64,000 nt of DNA from positions 248,001-312,000 of the forward strand of contig CAXIUT010000230.1 in assembly GCA_964035545.1 (NCBI GenBank), in the 5' to 3' direction. The DNA is from Bugula neritina. Its lineage: Eukaryota > Animalia > Bryozoa. Both the position numbers and the translations under genes were made by a program. How positions within the stretch are numbered: position 1 is the first letter of the stretch; every line of letters begins with the position of its first letter. This document shows, piece by piece, positions 16,401-32,330 of this stretch. The notes under the pieces were generated by a model. The model did not search any database, was not told the origin of the DNA, and worked only from the letters and a program-made list of their open reading frames with translations.

Positions 16401-19400
16401 AATACACTGCAAAACACTGAAATACGCTGTAACATACTGAAATATACTGCAACATACTGAAATATACTGCTACATACTGAAATATACTGCAACACACTGC
16501 AACATACTGCAACATACTAAAATACACTGTAACATAATGAAATACACTGCAACACATTGAAATATACTGCAAAATACTGAAATACACTGCTATATACTGA
16601 AACATACTGCAACACACTGCAACATACTGCAACATACTAAAATATACTGCAACATACTGAAATACACTGTAACATATTGAAATACACTGCAACACAGTGA
16701 AATATACTGCAATGTGCCGAAATATATGGTAAACTACTGAAATATACTGTCACACATTGAAAATTACTGCAACATACTGAAATGAACTGCGACACATTGC
16801 AATATACTGTAACATACCGAAATATGCTGTAGCACATTGAAATACACTGCAACTCACTGAAATACAGTGCTACATACTGAAATATACTGCAACATACTGC
16901 AACATACTGAAATACACTGTAACAAACTGAAATACACTGCAACATACTACAACATTTTGAAACACACTGCAACACATTGAAATATACTGCAACATACCTA
17001 AATATACGGTAATATACCAAAATATACTGTAACACATTGAAAAATACTGCAACATACTGAAATACACTGCAACACACTGAAGAACACTGCAAAATACTGT
17101 AACACACTGAAATATACTGCAAAATACTGAAATACACTGCTACATACTGAAATATACTGCAACACAGTGCAACATACTGCAACATACTAAAATATACTGC
17201 AACATACTGAAATACACTGCTAAATACTGAAATACACTGTAACATACTGAAATACACTGCAAAATACTACAACATTTTGAAATACACTGCAATACATTGA
17301 AATATACTGCAACATACCTAAATATACGGTAATATACTGAAATATACTGTAACACATTGAAAAATACTACAAAATACTGAAATACACTGCAACATACTAC
17401 AACATACTGAAATAGGCTGTAAGACATTGAAATCCACTGCAACATCCTGCAACATACTGAAATACACTGTAACATACTGAAATACACCGCAACATCCTAC
17501 AAGATCCTGAAATACACTGGAACGTATTGAAGTACACTGCAACACATTGAAGTATTCTGCAACACACTTAAACATACGGCAACATACTGAAATATACTTC
17601 GGCACATTGCAATATACTGCAGCATACTGAAATATGCTGTAGCCTGCTGAAATACACTGCATTATACTGAAATACACTGCTACATACTGAAATATACTGC
17701 AACATACTGAAATATACTGCGACACATTGCAATATACTGTAACATACTGAAATATGCTGTAGCACACTGAAATACACTGCAACTCACTGAAATATACTGC
17801 AACATACTGAAATACACTGTAACATATTGAAATATACTGCAACATACTGAAATACAGTGCTACATACTGAAATATACTGCAACATACTGCAACATACTGA
17901 AATACACTGTAACATACTGAAATACACTGCAACATACTACAACATATTGAAAGACACTGCAACACATTGAAATATGCTGCAACATACCTAAATATACGGT
18001 AATATACCAAAATAAACTGTTACACATTGAAAAATACTGCAACATACTGAAATACACTGTAACACACTGAAATATACTGCAAAATACTGAAATACACTGC
18101 TACATACTTAAATATACTGCAACACACTGCAACATACTGCAACATACTAAAATATACTGCAACATACTGAAATACACTGCAAAATACTGAAATACACTGT
18201 AACATACTGAAATATACTGCAACATACTGAAGTACACTCCTACATAATGAAATATACTGCAACACACTGCAACATACTGCAACATACTAAAATACACTGT
18301 AACATAATGAAATACACTGCAACACATTGAAATATACTGCAAAATACTGAAATACACTGCTATATACTGAAACATACTGCAACACACTGCAACATACTGC
18401 AACATACTAAAATATACTGCAACATACTGAAATACACTGCAAAATACTGAAATACACTGTAACATACTGAAATATACTGCAACATACTGAAATACACTGC
18501 TACATACTGAAATATACGGCAACACACTGCAACATACTGAAACATACTAAAATACACTGTAACATATTGAAATACACTGCAACACAGTGAAATATACTGC
18601 AATGTGCCGAAATATATGGTAAACTACTGAAATATACTGTCACACATTGAAAATTACTGCAACATACTGAAATGAACTGCGACACATTGCAATATACTGT
18701 AACATACCGAAATATGCTGTAGCACATTGAAATACACTGCAACTCACTGAAATACAGTGCTACATACTGAAATATACTGCAACATACTGCAACATACTGA
18801 AATACACTGTAACAAACTGAAATACACTGCAACATACTACAACATTTTGAAACACACTGCAACACATTGAAATATACTGCAACATACCTAAATATACGGT
18901 AATATACCAAAATATACTGTAACACATTGAAAAATACTGCAACATACTGAAATACACTGCAACACACTGAAGAACACTGCAAAATACTGTAACACACTGA
19001 AATATACTGCAAAATACTGAAATACACTGCTACATACTGAAATATACTGCAACACAGTGCAACATACTGCAACATACTAAAATATACTGCAACATACTGA
19101 AATACACTGCTAAATACTGAAATACACTGTAACATACTGAAATACACTGCAAAATACTACAACATTTTGAAATACACTGCAATACATTGAAATATACTGC
19201 AACATACCTAAATATACGGTAATATACTGAAATATACTGTAACACATTGAAAAATACTACAAAATACTGAAATACACTGCAACATACTACAACATACTGA
19301 AATACGCTGTAAGACATTGAAATCCACTGCAACACATTGAAATATACTGTAACTCGCTGAAACATACTGTAACTCACTGAAATATAGTGTAATATACGGA

Positions 19401-21700
19401 AATGTACTGTAAAATACTGGAATATAATGTAACACACTGAAATATACAGCAACATACTGAAATACACTGTAACATACTGAAATAAACTGCAACATCCTGC
19501 AACATACTGAAATACACTGTAACATACTGAAATACACCGCAACATCCTACAAGATCCTGAAATACACTGGAACGTATTGAAGTACACTGCAACACATTGA
19601 AGTATTCTGCAACACACTTAAACATACGGCAACATACTGAAATATACTTCGGCACATTGCAATATACTGCAGCATACTGAAATATGCTGTAGCCTGCTGA
19701 AATACACTGCATTATACTGAAATACACTGCTACATACTGAAATATACTGCAACATACTGAAATATACTGCGACACATTGCAATATACTGTAACATACTGA
19801 AATATGCTGTAGCACACTGAAATACACTGCAACTCACTGAAATATACTGCAACATACTGAAATACACTGTAACATATTGAAATATACTGCAACATACTGA
19901 AATACAGTGCTACATACTGAAATATACTGCAACATACTGCAACATACTGAAATACACTGTAACATACTGAAATACACTGCAACATACTACAACATATTGA
20001 AAGACACTGCAACACATTGAAATATGCTGCAACATACCTAAATATACGGTAATATACCAAAATAAACTGTTACACATTGAAAAATACTGCAACATACTGA
20101 AATACACTGCAACACACTGAAAAACACTGCAAAATACTGTAACACACTGAAATATACTGCAAAATACTGAAATACACTGCTACATACTTAAATATACTGC
20201 AACACACTGCAACATACTGCAACATACTAAAATATACTGCAACATACTGAAATACACTGCAAAATACTGAAATACACTGTAACATACTGAAATATACTGC
20301 AACATACTGAAGTACACTCCTACATACTGAAATATACTGCAACTCACTGCAACATACTGCAACATACTAAAATACACTGTAACATATTGAAATACACTGC
20401 AACACATTGAAATATACTGCAAAATATTGAAATACACTGCTACACACTGAAATATACTGCAACACACGGCAACATACTGCAACATACTAAAATATACTGC
20501 AACATACTGAAATACACTGCAAAACACTGAAATACGCTGTAACATACTGAAATATACTGCAACATACTGAAATATACTGCTACATACTGAAATATACTGC
20601 AACACACTGCAACATACTGCAACATACTAAAATACACTGTAACATAATGAAATACACTGCAACACATTGAAATATACTGCAAAATACTGAAATACACTGC
20701 TATATACTGAAACATACTGCAACACACTGCAACATACTGCAACATACTAAAATATACTGCAACATACTAAAATACACTGTAACATATTGAAATACACTGC
20801 AACACACTGAAATATACTGCAATGTGCCGAAATATATGGTAAACTACTGAAATATACTGTCACACATTGAAAATTACTGCAACATACTGAAATGAACTGC
20901 GACACATTGCAATATACTGTAACATACCGAAATATGCTGTAGCACATTGAAATACACTGCAACTCACTGAAATACAGTGCTACATACTGAAATATACTGC
21001 AACATACTGCAACATACTGAAATACACTGTAACAAACTGAAATACACTGCAACATACTACAACATTTTGAAACACACTGCAACACATTGAAATATACTGC
21101 AACATACCTAAATATACGGTAATATACCAAAATATACTGTAACACATTGAAAAATACTGCAACATACTGAAATACACTGCAACACACTGAAGAACACTGC
21201 AAAATACTGTAACACACTGAAATATACTGCAAAATACTGAAATACACTGCTACATACTGAAATATACTGCAACACAGTGCAACATACTGCAACATACTAA
21301 AATATACTGCAACATACTGAAATACACTGCTAAATACTGAAATACACTGTAACATACTGAAATACACTGCAAAATACTACAACATTTTGAAATACACTGC
21401 AATACATTGAAATATACTGCAACATACCTAAATATACGGTAATATACTGAAATATACTGTAACACATTGAAAAATACTACAAAATACTGAAATACACTGC
21501 AACATACTACAACATACTGAAATACGCTGTAAGACATTGAAATCCACTGCAACATCCTGCAACATACTGAAATACACTGTAACATACTGAAATACACCGC
21601 AACATCCTACAAGATCCTGAAATACACTGGAACGTATTGAAGTACACTGCAACACATTGAAGTATTCTGCAACACACTTAAACATACGGCAACATACTGA
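13471..21700 (+). repeat. Run of four shortened HOR units (2060, 2060, 2050, 2060 bp)
   Basis: The marker AATATACTTC-GGCACATTGC occurs at 13471, 15531, 17591, 19641 and 21701. Another 2060-bp unit spans 4201-6260. Confidence 0.9.
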
Positions 21701-23689
21701 AATATACTTCGGCACATTGCAATATACTGCAGCATACTGAAATATGCTGTAGCCTGCTGAAATACACTGCATTATACTGAAATACACTGCTACATACTGA
21801 AATATACTGCAACATACTGAAATATACTGCGACACATTGCAATATACTGTAACATACTGAAATATGCTGTAGCACACTGAAATACACTGCAACTCACTGA
21901 AATATACTGCAACATACTGAAATACACTGTAACATATTGAAATATACTGCAACATACTGAAATACAGTGCTACATACTGAAATATACTGCAACATACTGC
22001 AACATACTGAAATACACTGTAACATACTGAAATACACTGCAACATACTACAACATATTGAAAGACACTGCAACACATTGAAATATGCTGCAACATACCTA
22101 AATATACGGTAATATACAAAAATAAACTGTTACACATTGAAAAATACTGCAACATACTGAAATACACTGCAACACACTGAAAAACACTGCAAAATACTGT
22201 AACACACTGAAATATACTGCAAAATACTGAAATACACTGCTACATACTTAAATATACTGCAACACACTGCAACATACTGCAACATACTAAAATATACTGC
22301 AACATACTGAAATACACTGCAAAATACTGAAATACACTGTAACATACTGAAATATACTGCAACATACTGAAGTACACTCCTACATAATGAAATATACTGC
22401 AACTCACTGCAACATACTGCAACATACTAAAATACACTGTAACATATTGAAATACACTGCAACACATTGAAATATACTGCAAAATATTGAAATACACTGC
22501 TACACACTGAAATATACTGCAACACACGGCAACATACTGCAACATACTAAAATATACTGCAACATACTGAAATACACTGCAAAACACTGAAATACGCTGT
22601 AACATACTGAAATATACTGCAACATACTGAAATATACTGCTACATACTGAAATATACTGCAACACACTGCAACATACTGCAACATACTAAAATACACTGT
22701 AACATAATGAAATACACTGCAACACATTGAAATATACTGCAAAATACTGAAATACACTGCTATATACTGAAACATACTGCAACACACTGCAACATACTGC
22801 AACATACTAAAATATACTGCAACATACTGAAATACACTGCAAAATACTGAAACACACTGTAACATACTGAAATATACTGCAACATACTGAAATACACTGC
22901 TACATACTGAAATATACGGCAACACACTGCAACATACTGAAACATACTAAAATACACTGTAACATATTGAAATACACTGCAACACAGTGAAATATACTGC
23001 AATGTGCCGAAATATATGGTAAACTACTGAAATATACTGTCACACATTGAAAATTACTGCAACATACTGAAATGAACTGCGACACATTGCAATATACTGT
23101 AACATACCGAAATATGCTGTAGCACATTGAAATACACTGCAACTCACTGAAATACAGTGCTACATACTGAAATATACTGCAACATACTGCAACATACTGA
23201 AATACACTGTAACAAACTGAAATACACTGCAACATACTACAACATTTTGAAACACACTGCAACACATTGAAATATACTGCAACATACCTAAATATATGGT
23301 AATATACCAAAATATACTGTAACACATTGAAAAATACTGCAACATACTGAAATACACTGCAACACACTGAAGAACACTGCAAAATACTGTAACACACTGA
23401 AATATACTGCAAAATACTGAAATACACTGCTACATACTGAAATATACTGCAACACAGTGCAACATACTGCAACATACTAAAATATACTGCAACATACTGA
23501 AATACACTGCTAAATACTGAAATACACTGTAACATACTGAAATACACTGCAAAATACTACAAAATTTTGAAATACACTGCAATACATTGAAATATACTGC
23601 AACATACCTAAATATACGGTAATATACTGAAATATACTGTAACACATTGAAAAATACTACAAAATACTGAAATACACTGCAACATACTA

Positions 23690-26600
23690 CAACATACTGA
23701 AATATACTGCAACATACTGAAGTACACTCCTACATACTGAAATATACTGCAACTCACTGCAACATACTGCAACATACTAAAATACACTGTAACATATTGA
23801 AATACACTGCAACACATTGAAATATACTGCAAAATATTGAAGTACACTGCTACACACTGAAATATACTGCAACACACGGCAACATACTGCAACATACTAA
23901 AATATACTGCAACATACTGAAATACACTGCAAAACACTGAAATACGCTGTAACATACTGAAATATACTGAAATATACTGCTACATACTGAAATATACTGC
24001 AACACACTGCAACATACTGCAACATACTAAAATACACTGTAACATAATGAAATACACTGCAACACATTGAAATATACTGCAAAATACTGAAATACACTGC
24101 TATATACTGAAATATACTGCAACACACTGCAACATACTGCAACATACTAAAATATACTGCAACATACTAAAATACACTGCAAAATACTGAAATACACTGT
24201 AAAACACTGAAATATACTGCAACATACTGAAATACACTGCTACATACTGAAATATACGGCAACACACTGCAACATACTGAAACATACTAAAATACACTGT
24301 AACATATTGAAATACACTGCAACACAGTGAAATATACTGCAATGTGCCGAAATATATGGTAAACCACTGAAATATACTGTCACACATTGAAAATCACTGC
24401 AACATACTGAAATGAACTGCGACACATTGCAATATACTGTAACATACCGAAATGTGCTGTAGCACATTGAAATACACTGCAACTCACTGAAATACAGTGC
24501 TACATACTGAAATATACTGCAACATACTGCAACATACTGAAATACACTGTAACAAACTGAAATACACTGCAACATACTACAACATTTTGAAACACACTGC
24601 AACACATTGAAATATACTGCAACATACCTAAATATACGGTAATATACCAAAATATACTGTAACACATTGAAAAATACTGCAACATACTGAAATACACTGC
24701 AACACACTGAAGAACACTGCAAAATACTGTAACACACTGAAATATACTGCAAAATACTGAAATACACTGCTACATACTGAAATATACTACAACACACTGC
24801 AACATACTGCAACATACTAAAATATACTGCAACATACTGAAATACACTGCAAAATACTGAAATACACTGTAACATACTGAAATATACTGCAACATACTGA
24901 AGTACACTCCTACATACTGAAATATACTGCAACTCACTGCAACATACTGCAACATACTAAAATACACTGTAACATATTGAAATACACTGCAACACATTGA
25001 AATATACTGCAAAATATTGAAATACACTGCTACACACTGAAATATACTGCAACACACGGCAACATACTGCAACATACTAAAATATACTGCAACATACTGA
25101 AATACACTGCAAAATACTGAAATACACTGTAACATACTGAAATATACTGCAACATACTGAAATATACTGCTACATACTGACATATACTGCAACACACTGC
25201 AACATACTGCAACATACTAAAACACACTGTAACATAATGAAATACACTGCAACACATTGAAATATACTGCAAAATACTGAAATACACTGCTATATACTGA
25301 TATATACTGCAACACACTGCAACATACTGCAACATACTAAAATATACTGCAACATACTGAAATACACTGCAAAATACTGAAATACACTGTAACATACTGA
25401 AATATACTGCAACATACTGAAATACACTGCTACATACTGAAATATACGGCAACACACTGCAACATACTGAAACATACTAAAATACACTGTAACATATTGA
25501 AATACACTGCAACACAGTGAAATATACTGCAATGTGCCGAAATGTATGGTAAACTACTGAAATATACTGTCACACATTGAAAAATACTGCAACATACTGA
25601 AATATACTGCGACAGATTGCAATATACTGTAACATACCGAAATATGCTGTAGCACAATGAAATACACTGCAACTCACTGAAATACAGTGCTACATACTGA
25701 AATATACTGCAACATACTGCAACATACTGAAATACACTGTAACAAACTGAAATACACTGCAACATACTACAACATTTTGAAACACACTGCAACACATTGA
25801 AATATACTGCAACATACCTAAATATACGGTAATATACCAAAATATACTGTAACACATTGAAAAATACTGCAACATACTGAAATACACTGCAACACACTGA
25901 AAAACACTGCAAAATACTGTAACACACTGAAATAAACTGCAAAACACTGAAATACACTGCTACATACTTAAATATACTGCAACACAGTGCAACATGCTGC
26001 AACATACTGAAATATACTGCAACATACTGAAATACACTGCAAAATACTGAAATACACTGTAACATACTGAAATACACTGCAAAATACTACAACATTTTGA
26101 CATACACTGGAATACATTGAAATATACTGCAACATACCTAAATATACGGTAATATACTGAAATATACTGTAACACATTGAAAAATACTACAAAATACTGA
26201 AATACACTGCAACATACTACAACATACTGAAATACGCTGTAATACATTGAAATCCACTGCAACACATTGAAATATAGTGTAACTCGCTGAAACATACTGT
26301 AACTCACTGAAATATAGTGTAATATACGGAAATGTACTGTAAAGTACTGGAATATAATGTAACACACTGAAATATACTGCAACATACTGAAATACACTGT
26401 AACATACTGAAATACACTGTAACATACTGAAATATACTGCAACATACTGAAGTACACTCCTACATACTGAAATATACTGCAACTCACTGCAACATACTGC
26501 AACATACTAAAATACACTGTAACATATTGAAATACACTGCAACACATTGAAATATACTGCAAAATATTGAAATACACTGCTACACACTGAAATATACTGC

Positions 26601-29600
26601 AACACACGGCAACATACTGCAACATACTAAAATATACTGCAACATACTGAAATACACTGCAAAACACTGAAATACGCTGTAACATACTGAAATATACTGC
26701 AACATACTGAAATATACTGCTACATACTGAAATATACTGCAACACACTGCAACATACTGCAACATACTAAAATACACTGTAACATAATGAAATACACTGC
26801 AACACATTGAAATATACTGCAAAATACTGAAATACACTGCTATATACTGAAATATACTGCAACACACTGCAACATACTGCAACATACTAAAATATATTGC
26901 AACATACTAAAATACACTGCAAAATACTGAAATACACTGTAACATAATGAAATATACTGCAACATACTGAAATATACTGCTACATACTGAAATATACTGC
27001 AACACACTGCAACATACTGAAACATACTAAAATACACTGTAACATATTGAAGTACACTGCAACACATTGAAGTATTCTGCAACACACTTAAACATACGGC
27101 AACATACTGAAATATACTTCGGCACATTGCAATAAACTGCAGCATACTGAAATATGCTGTAGCCTGCTGAAATACACTGCATTATACTGAAATACACTGC
27201 TACATACTGAAATATACTGCAACATACTGAAATATACTGCGACACATTGCAATATACTGTAACATACTGAAATATGCTGTAGCACACTGAAATACACTGC
27301 AACTCACTGAAATATACTGCAACATACTGAAATACACTGTAACATATTGAAATATACTGCAACATACTGAAATACAGTGCTACATACTGAAATATACTGC
27401 AACATACTGCAACATACTGAAATACACTGTAACATACTGAAATACACTGCAACATACTACAACATATTGAAAGACACTGCAACACATTGAAATATGCTGC
27501 AACATACCTAAATATACGGCAATATACCAAAATAAACTGTTACACATTGAAAAATACTGCAACATACTGAAATACACTGCAACACACTGAAAAACACTGC
27601 AAAATACTGTAACACACTGAAATATACTGCAAAATACTGAAATACACTGCTACATACTTAAATATACTGCAACACACTGCAACATACTGCAACATACTAA
27701 AATATACTGCAACATACTGAAATACACTGCAAAATACTGAAATACACTGTAACATACTGAAATATACTGCAACATACTGAAGTACACTCCTACATACTGA
27801 AATATACTGCAACTCACTGCAACATACTGCAACATACTAAAATACACTGTAACATATTGAAATACACTGCAACACATTGAAATATACTGCAAAATATTGA
27901 AATACACTGCTACACACTGAAATATACTGCAACACACTGCAACATACTGCAACATACTAAAATATACTGCAACATACTAAAATACACTGCAATATACTGA
28001 AATACACTGTAACATACTGAAATATACTGCAACATACTGAAATACACTGCTACATACTGAAATATACGGCAACACACTGCAACATACTGAAACATACTAA
28101 AATACACTGTAACATATTGAAATACACTGCAACACAGTGAAATATACTGCAATGTGCCGAAATATATGGTAAACTACTGAAATATACTGTCACACATTGA
28201 AAATCACTGCAACATACTGAAATGAACTGCGACACATTGCAATATACTGTAACATACCGAAATATGCTGTAGCACATTGAAATACACTGCAACTCACTGA
28301 AATACAGTGCTACATACTGAAATATACTGCAACATACTGCAACATACTGCAACATACTGAAATACACTGTAACATACTGAAATAAACTGCAACATCCTGC
28401 AACATACTGAAATACACTGTAACATACTGAAATACACCGCAACATCCTACAAGATACTGAAATACACTGTAACGTATTGAAGTACACTGCAACACATTGA
28501 AGTATTCTGCAACACACTTAAACATACGGCAACATACTGAAATATACTTCGGCACATTGCAATATACTGCAGCATACTGAAATATGCTGTAGCCTACTGA
28601 AATACACTGCATTATACTGAAATACACTGCTACATACTGAAATATACTGCAACATACTGAAATATACTGCGACACATTGCAATATACTGTAACATACTGA
28701 AATATGCTGTAGCACACTGAAATACACTGCAACTCACTGAAATATACTGCAACATACTGAAATACACTGTAACATATTGAAATATACTGCAACATACTGA
28801 AATACAGTGCTACATACTGAAATATACTGCAACATACTGCAACATACTGAAATACACTGTAACATACTGAAATACACTGCAACATACTACAACATATTGA
28901 AAGACACTGCAACACATTGAAATATGCTGCAACATACCTAAATATACGGTAATATACCAAAATAAACTGTTACACATTGAAAAATACTGCAACATACTGA
29001 AATACACTGCAACACACTGAAAAACACTGCAAAATACTGTAACACACTGAAATATACTGCAAAATACTGAAATACACTGCTACATACTTAAATATACTGC
29101 AACACACTGCAACATACTGCAACATACTAAAATATACTGCAACATACTGAAATACACTGCAAAATACTGAAACACACTGTAACATACTGAAATATACTGC
29201 AACATACTGAAGTACACTCCTACATACTGAAATATACTGCAACTCACTGCAACATACTGCAACATACTAAAATACACTGTAACATATTGAAATACACTGC
29301 AACACATTGAAATATACTGCAAAATATTGAAGTACACTGCTACACACTGAAATATACTGCAACACACGGCAACATACTGCAACATACTAAAATATACTGC
29401 AACATACTGAAATACACTGCAAAACACTGAAATACGCTGTAACATACTGAAATATACTGAAATATACTGCTACATACTGAAATATACTGCAACACACTGC
29501 AACATACTGCAACATACTAAAATACACTGTAACATAATGAAATACACTGCAACACATTGAAATATACTGCAAAATACTGAAATACACTGCTATATACTGA

Positions 29601-32330
29601 AATATACTGCAACACACTGCAACATACTGCAACATACTAAAATATACTGCAACATACTAAAATACACTGCAAAATACTGAAATACACTGTAAAACACTGA
29701 AATATACTGCAACATACTGAAATACACTGCTACATACTGAAATATACGGCAACACACTGCAACATACTGAAACATACTAAAATACACTGTAACATATTGA
29801 AATACACTGCAACACAGTGAAATATACTGCAATGTGCCGAAATATATGGTAAACTACTGAAATATACTGTCACACATTGAAAATCACTGCAACATACTGA
29901 AATGAACTGCGACACATTGCAATATACTGTAACATACCGAAATGTGCTGTAGCACATTGAAATACACTGCAACTCACTGAAATACAGTGCTACATACTGA
30001 AATATACTGCAACATACTGCAACATACTGAAATACACTGTAACAAACTGAAATACACTGCAACATACTACAACATTTTGAAACACACTGCAACACATTGA
30101 AATATACTGCAACATACCTAAATATACGGTAATATACCAAAATATACTGTAACACATTGAAAAATACTGCAACATACTGAAATACACTGCAACACACTGA
30201 AGAACACTGCAAAATACTGTAACACACTGAAATATACTGCAAAATACTGAAATACACTGCTACATACTGAAATATACTACAACACACTGCAACATACTGC
30301 AACATACTAAAATATACTGCAACATACTGAAATACACTGCAAAATACTGAAATACACTGTAACATACTGAAATATACTGCAACATACTGAAGTACACTCC
30401 TACATACTGAAATATACTGCAACTCACTGCAACATACTGCAACATACTAAAATACACTGTAACATATTGAAATACACTGCAACACATTGAAATATACTGC
30501 AAAATATTGAAATACACTGCTACACACTGAAATATACTGCAACACACGGCAACATACTGCAACATACTAAAATATACTGCAACATACTGAAATACACTGC
30601 AAAATACTGAAATACACTGTAACATACTGAAATATACTGCAACATACTGAAATATACTGCTACATACTGAAATATACTGCAACACACTGCAACATACTGC
30701 AACATACTAAAACACACTGTAACATAATGAAATACACTGCAACACATTGAAATATACTGCAAAATACTGAAATACACTGCTATATACTGATATATACTGC
30801 AACACACTGCAACATACTGCAACATACTAAAATATACTGCAACATACTGAAATACACTGCAAAATACTGAAATACACTGTAACATACTGAAATATACTGC
30901 AACATACTGAAATACACTGCTACATACTGAAATATACGGCAACACACTGCAACATACTGAAACATACTAAAATACACTGTAACATATTGAAATACACTGC
31001 AACACAGTGAAATATACTGCAATGTGCCGAAATGTATGGTAAACTACTGAAATATACTGTCACACATTGAAAAATACTGCAACATACTGAAATATACTGC
31101 GACACATTGCAATATACTGTAACATACCGAAATATGCTGTAGCACAATGAAATACACTGCAACTCACTGAAATACAGTGCTACATACTGAAATATACTGC
31201 AACATACTGCAACATACTGAAATACACTGTAACAAACTGAAATACACTGCAACATACTACAACATTTTGAAACACACTGCAACACATTGAAATATACTGC
31301 AACATACCTAAATATACGGTAATATACCAAAATATACTGTAACACATTGAAAAATACTGCAACATACTGAAATACACTGCAACACACTGAAAAACACTGC
31401 AAAATACTGTAACACACTGAAATAAACTGCAAAACACTGAAATACACTGCTACATACTTAAATATACTGCAACATACTGCAACATTTTGACATACACTGG
31501 AATACATTGAAATATACTGCAACATACCTAAATATACGGTAATATACTGAAATATACTGTAACACATTGAAAAATACTACAAAATACTGAAATACACTGC
31601 AACATACTACAACATACTGAAATACGCTGTAATACATTGAAATCCACTGCAACACATTGAAATATAGTGTAACTCGCTGAAACATACTGTAACTCACTGA
31701 AATATAGTGTAATATACGGAAATGTACTGTAAAGTACTGGAATATAATGTAACACACTGAAATATACTGCAACATACTGAAATACACTGTAACATACTGA
31801 AATACACTGTAACATACTGAAATATACTGCAACATACTGAAGTACACTCCTACATACTGAAATATACTGCAACTCACTGCAACATACTGCAACATACTAA
31901 AATACACTGTAACATATTGAAATACACTGCAACACATTGAAATATACTGCAAAATATTGAAATACACTGCTACACACTGAAATATACTGCAACACACGGC
32001 AACATACTGCAACATACTAAAATATACTGCAACATACTGAAATACACTGCAAAACACTGAAATACGCTGTAACATACTGAAATATACTGCAACATACTGA
32101 AATATACTGCTACATACTGAAATATACTGCAACACACTGCAACATACTGCAACATACTAAAATACACTGTAACATAATGAAATACACTGCAACACATTGA
32201 AATATACTGCAAAATACTGAAATACACTGCTATATACTGAAATATACTGCAACACACTGCAACATACTGCAACATACTAAAATATATTGCAACATACTAA
32301 AATACACTGCAAAATACTGAAATACACTGT
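23690..32330 (+). repeat. Segmental duplication, offset 5490 then 5390 bp (about 23690-26940 vs about 29180-32330)
   Basis: Private variants AGTACACTGC-TACAC 23841/29331, AATATACTGA-AATATACTGC 23961/29451, AATGTGCTGT 24451/29941, AGCACAATGA 25651/31141. After a 100-bp loss near 31471 the pair AATATATTGC 26891/32281 follows. Confidence 0.88.

Larger units (their letters stand above)
1..16640 (+). repeat. Segmental duplication, offset 9280 then 9270 bp (about 1-7370 vs about 9281-16640)
   Basis: Private variants are shared by the two copies: AACACATGGC 1511/10791, TTCATACTGA 2281/11561, AACTCCCTGC 2381/11661, GATATACTGC 2891/12161, AATATACGGG-AATATACCAA 3451/12721. One monomer is missing near 12061-12080. 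Confidence 0.9.
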
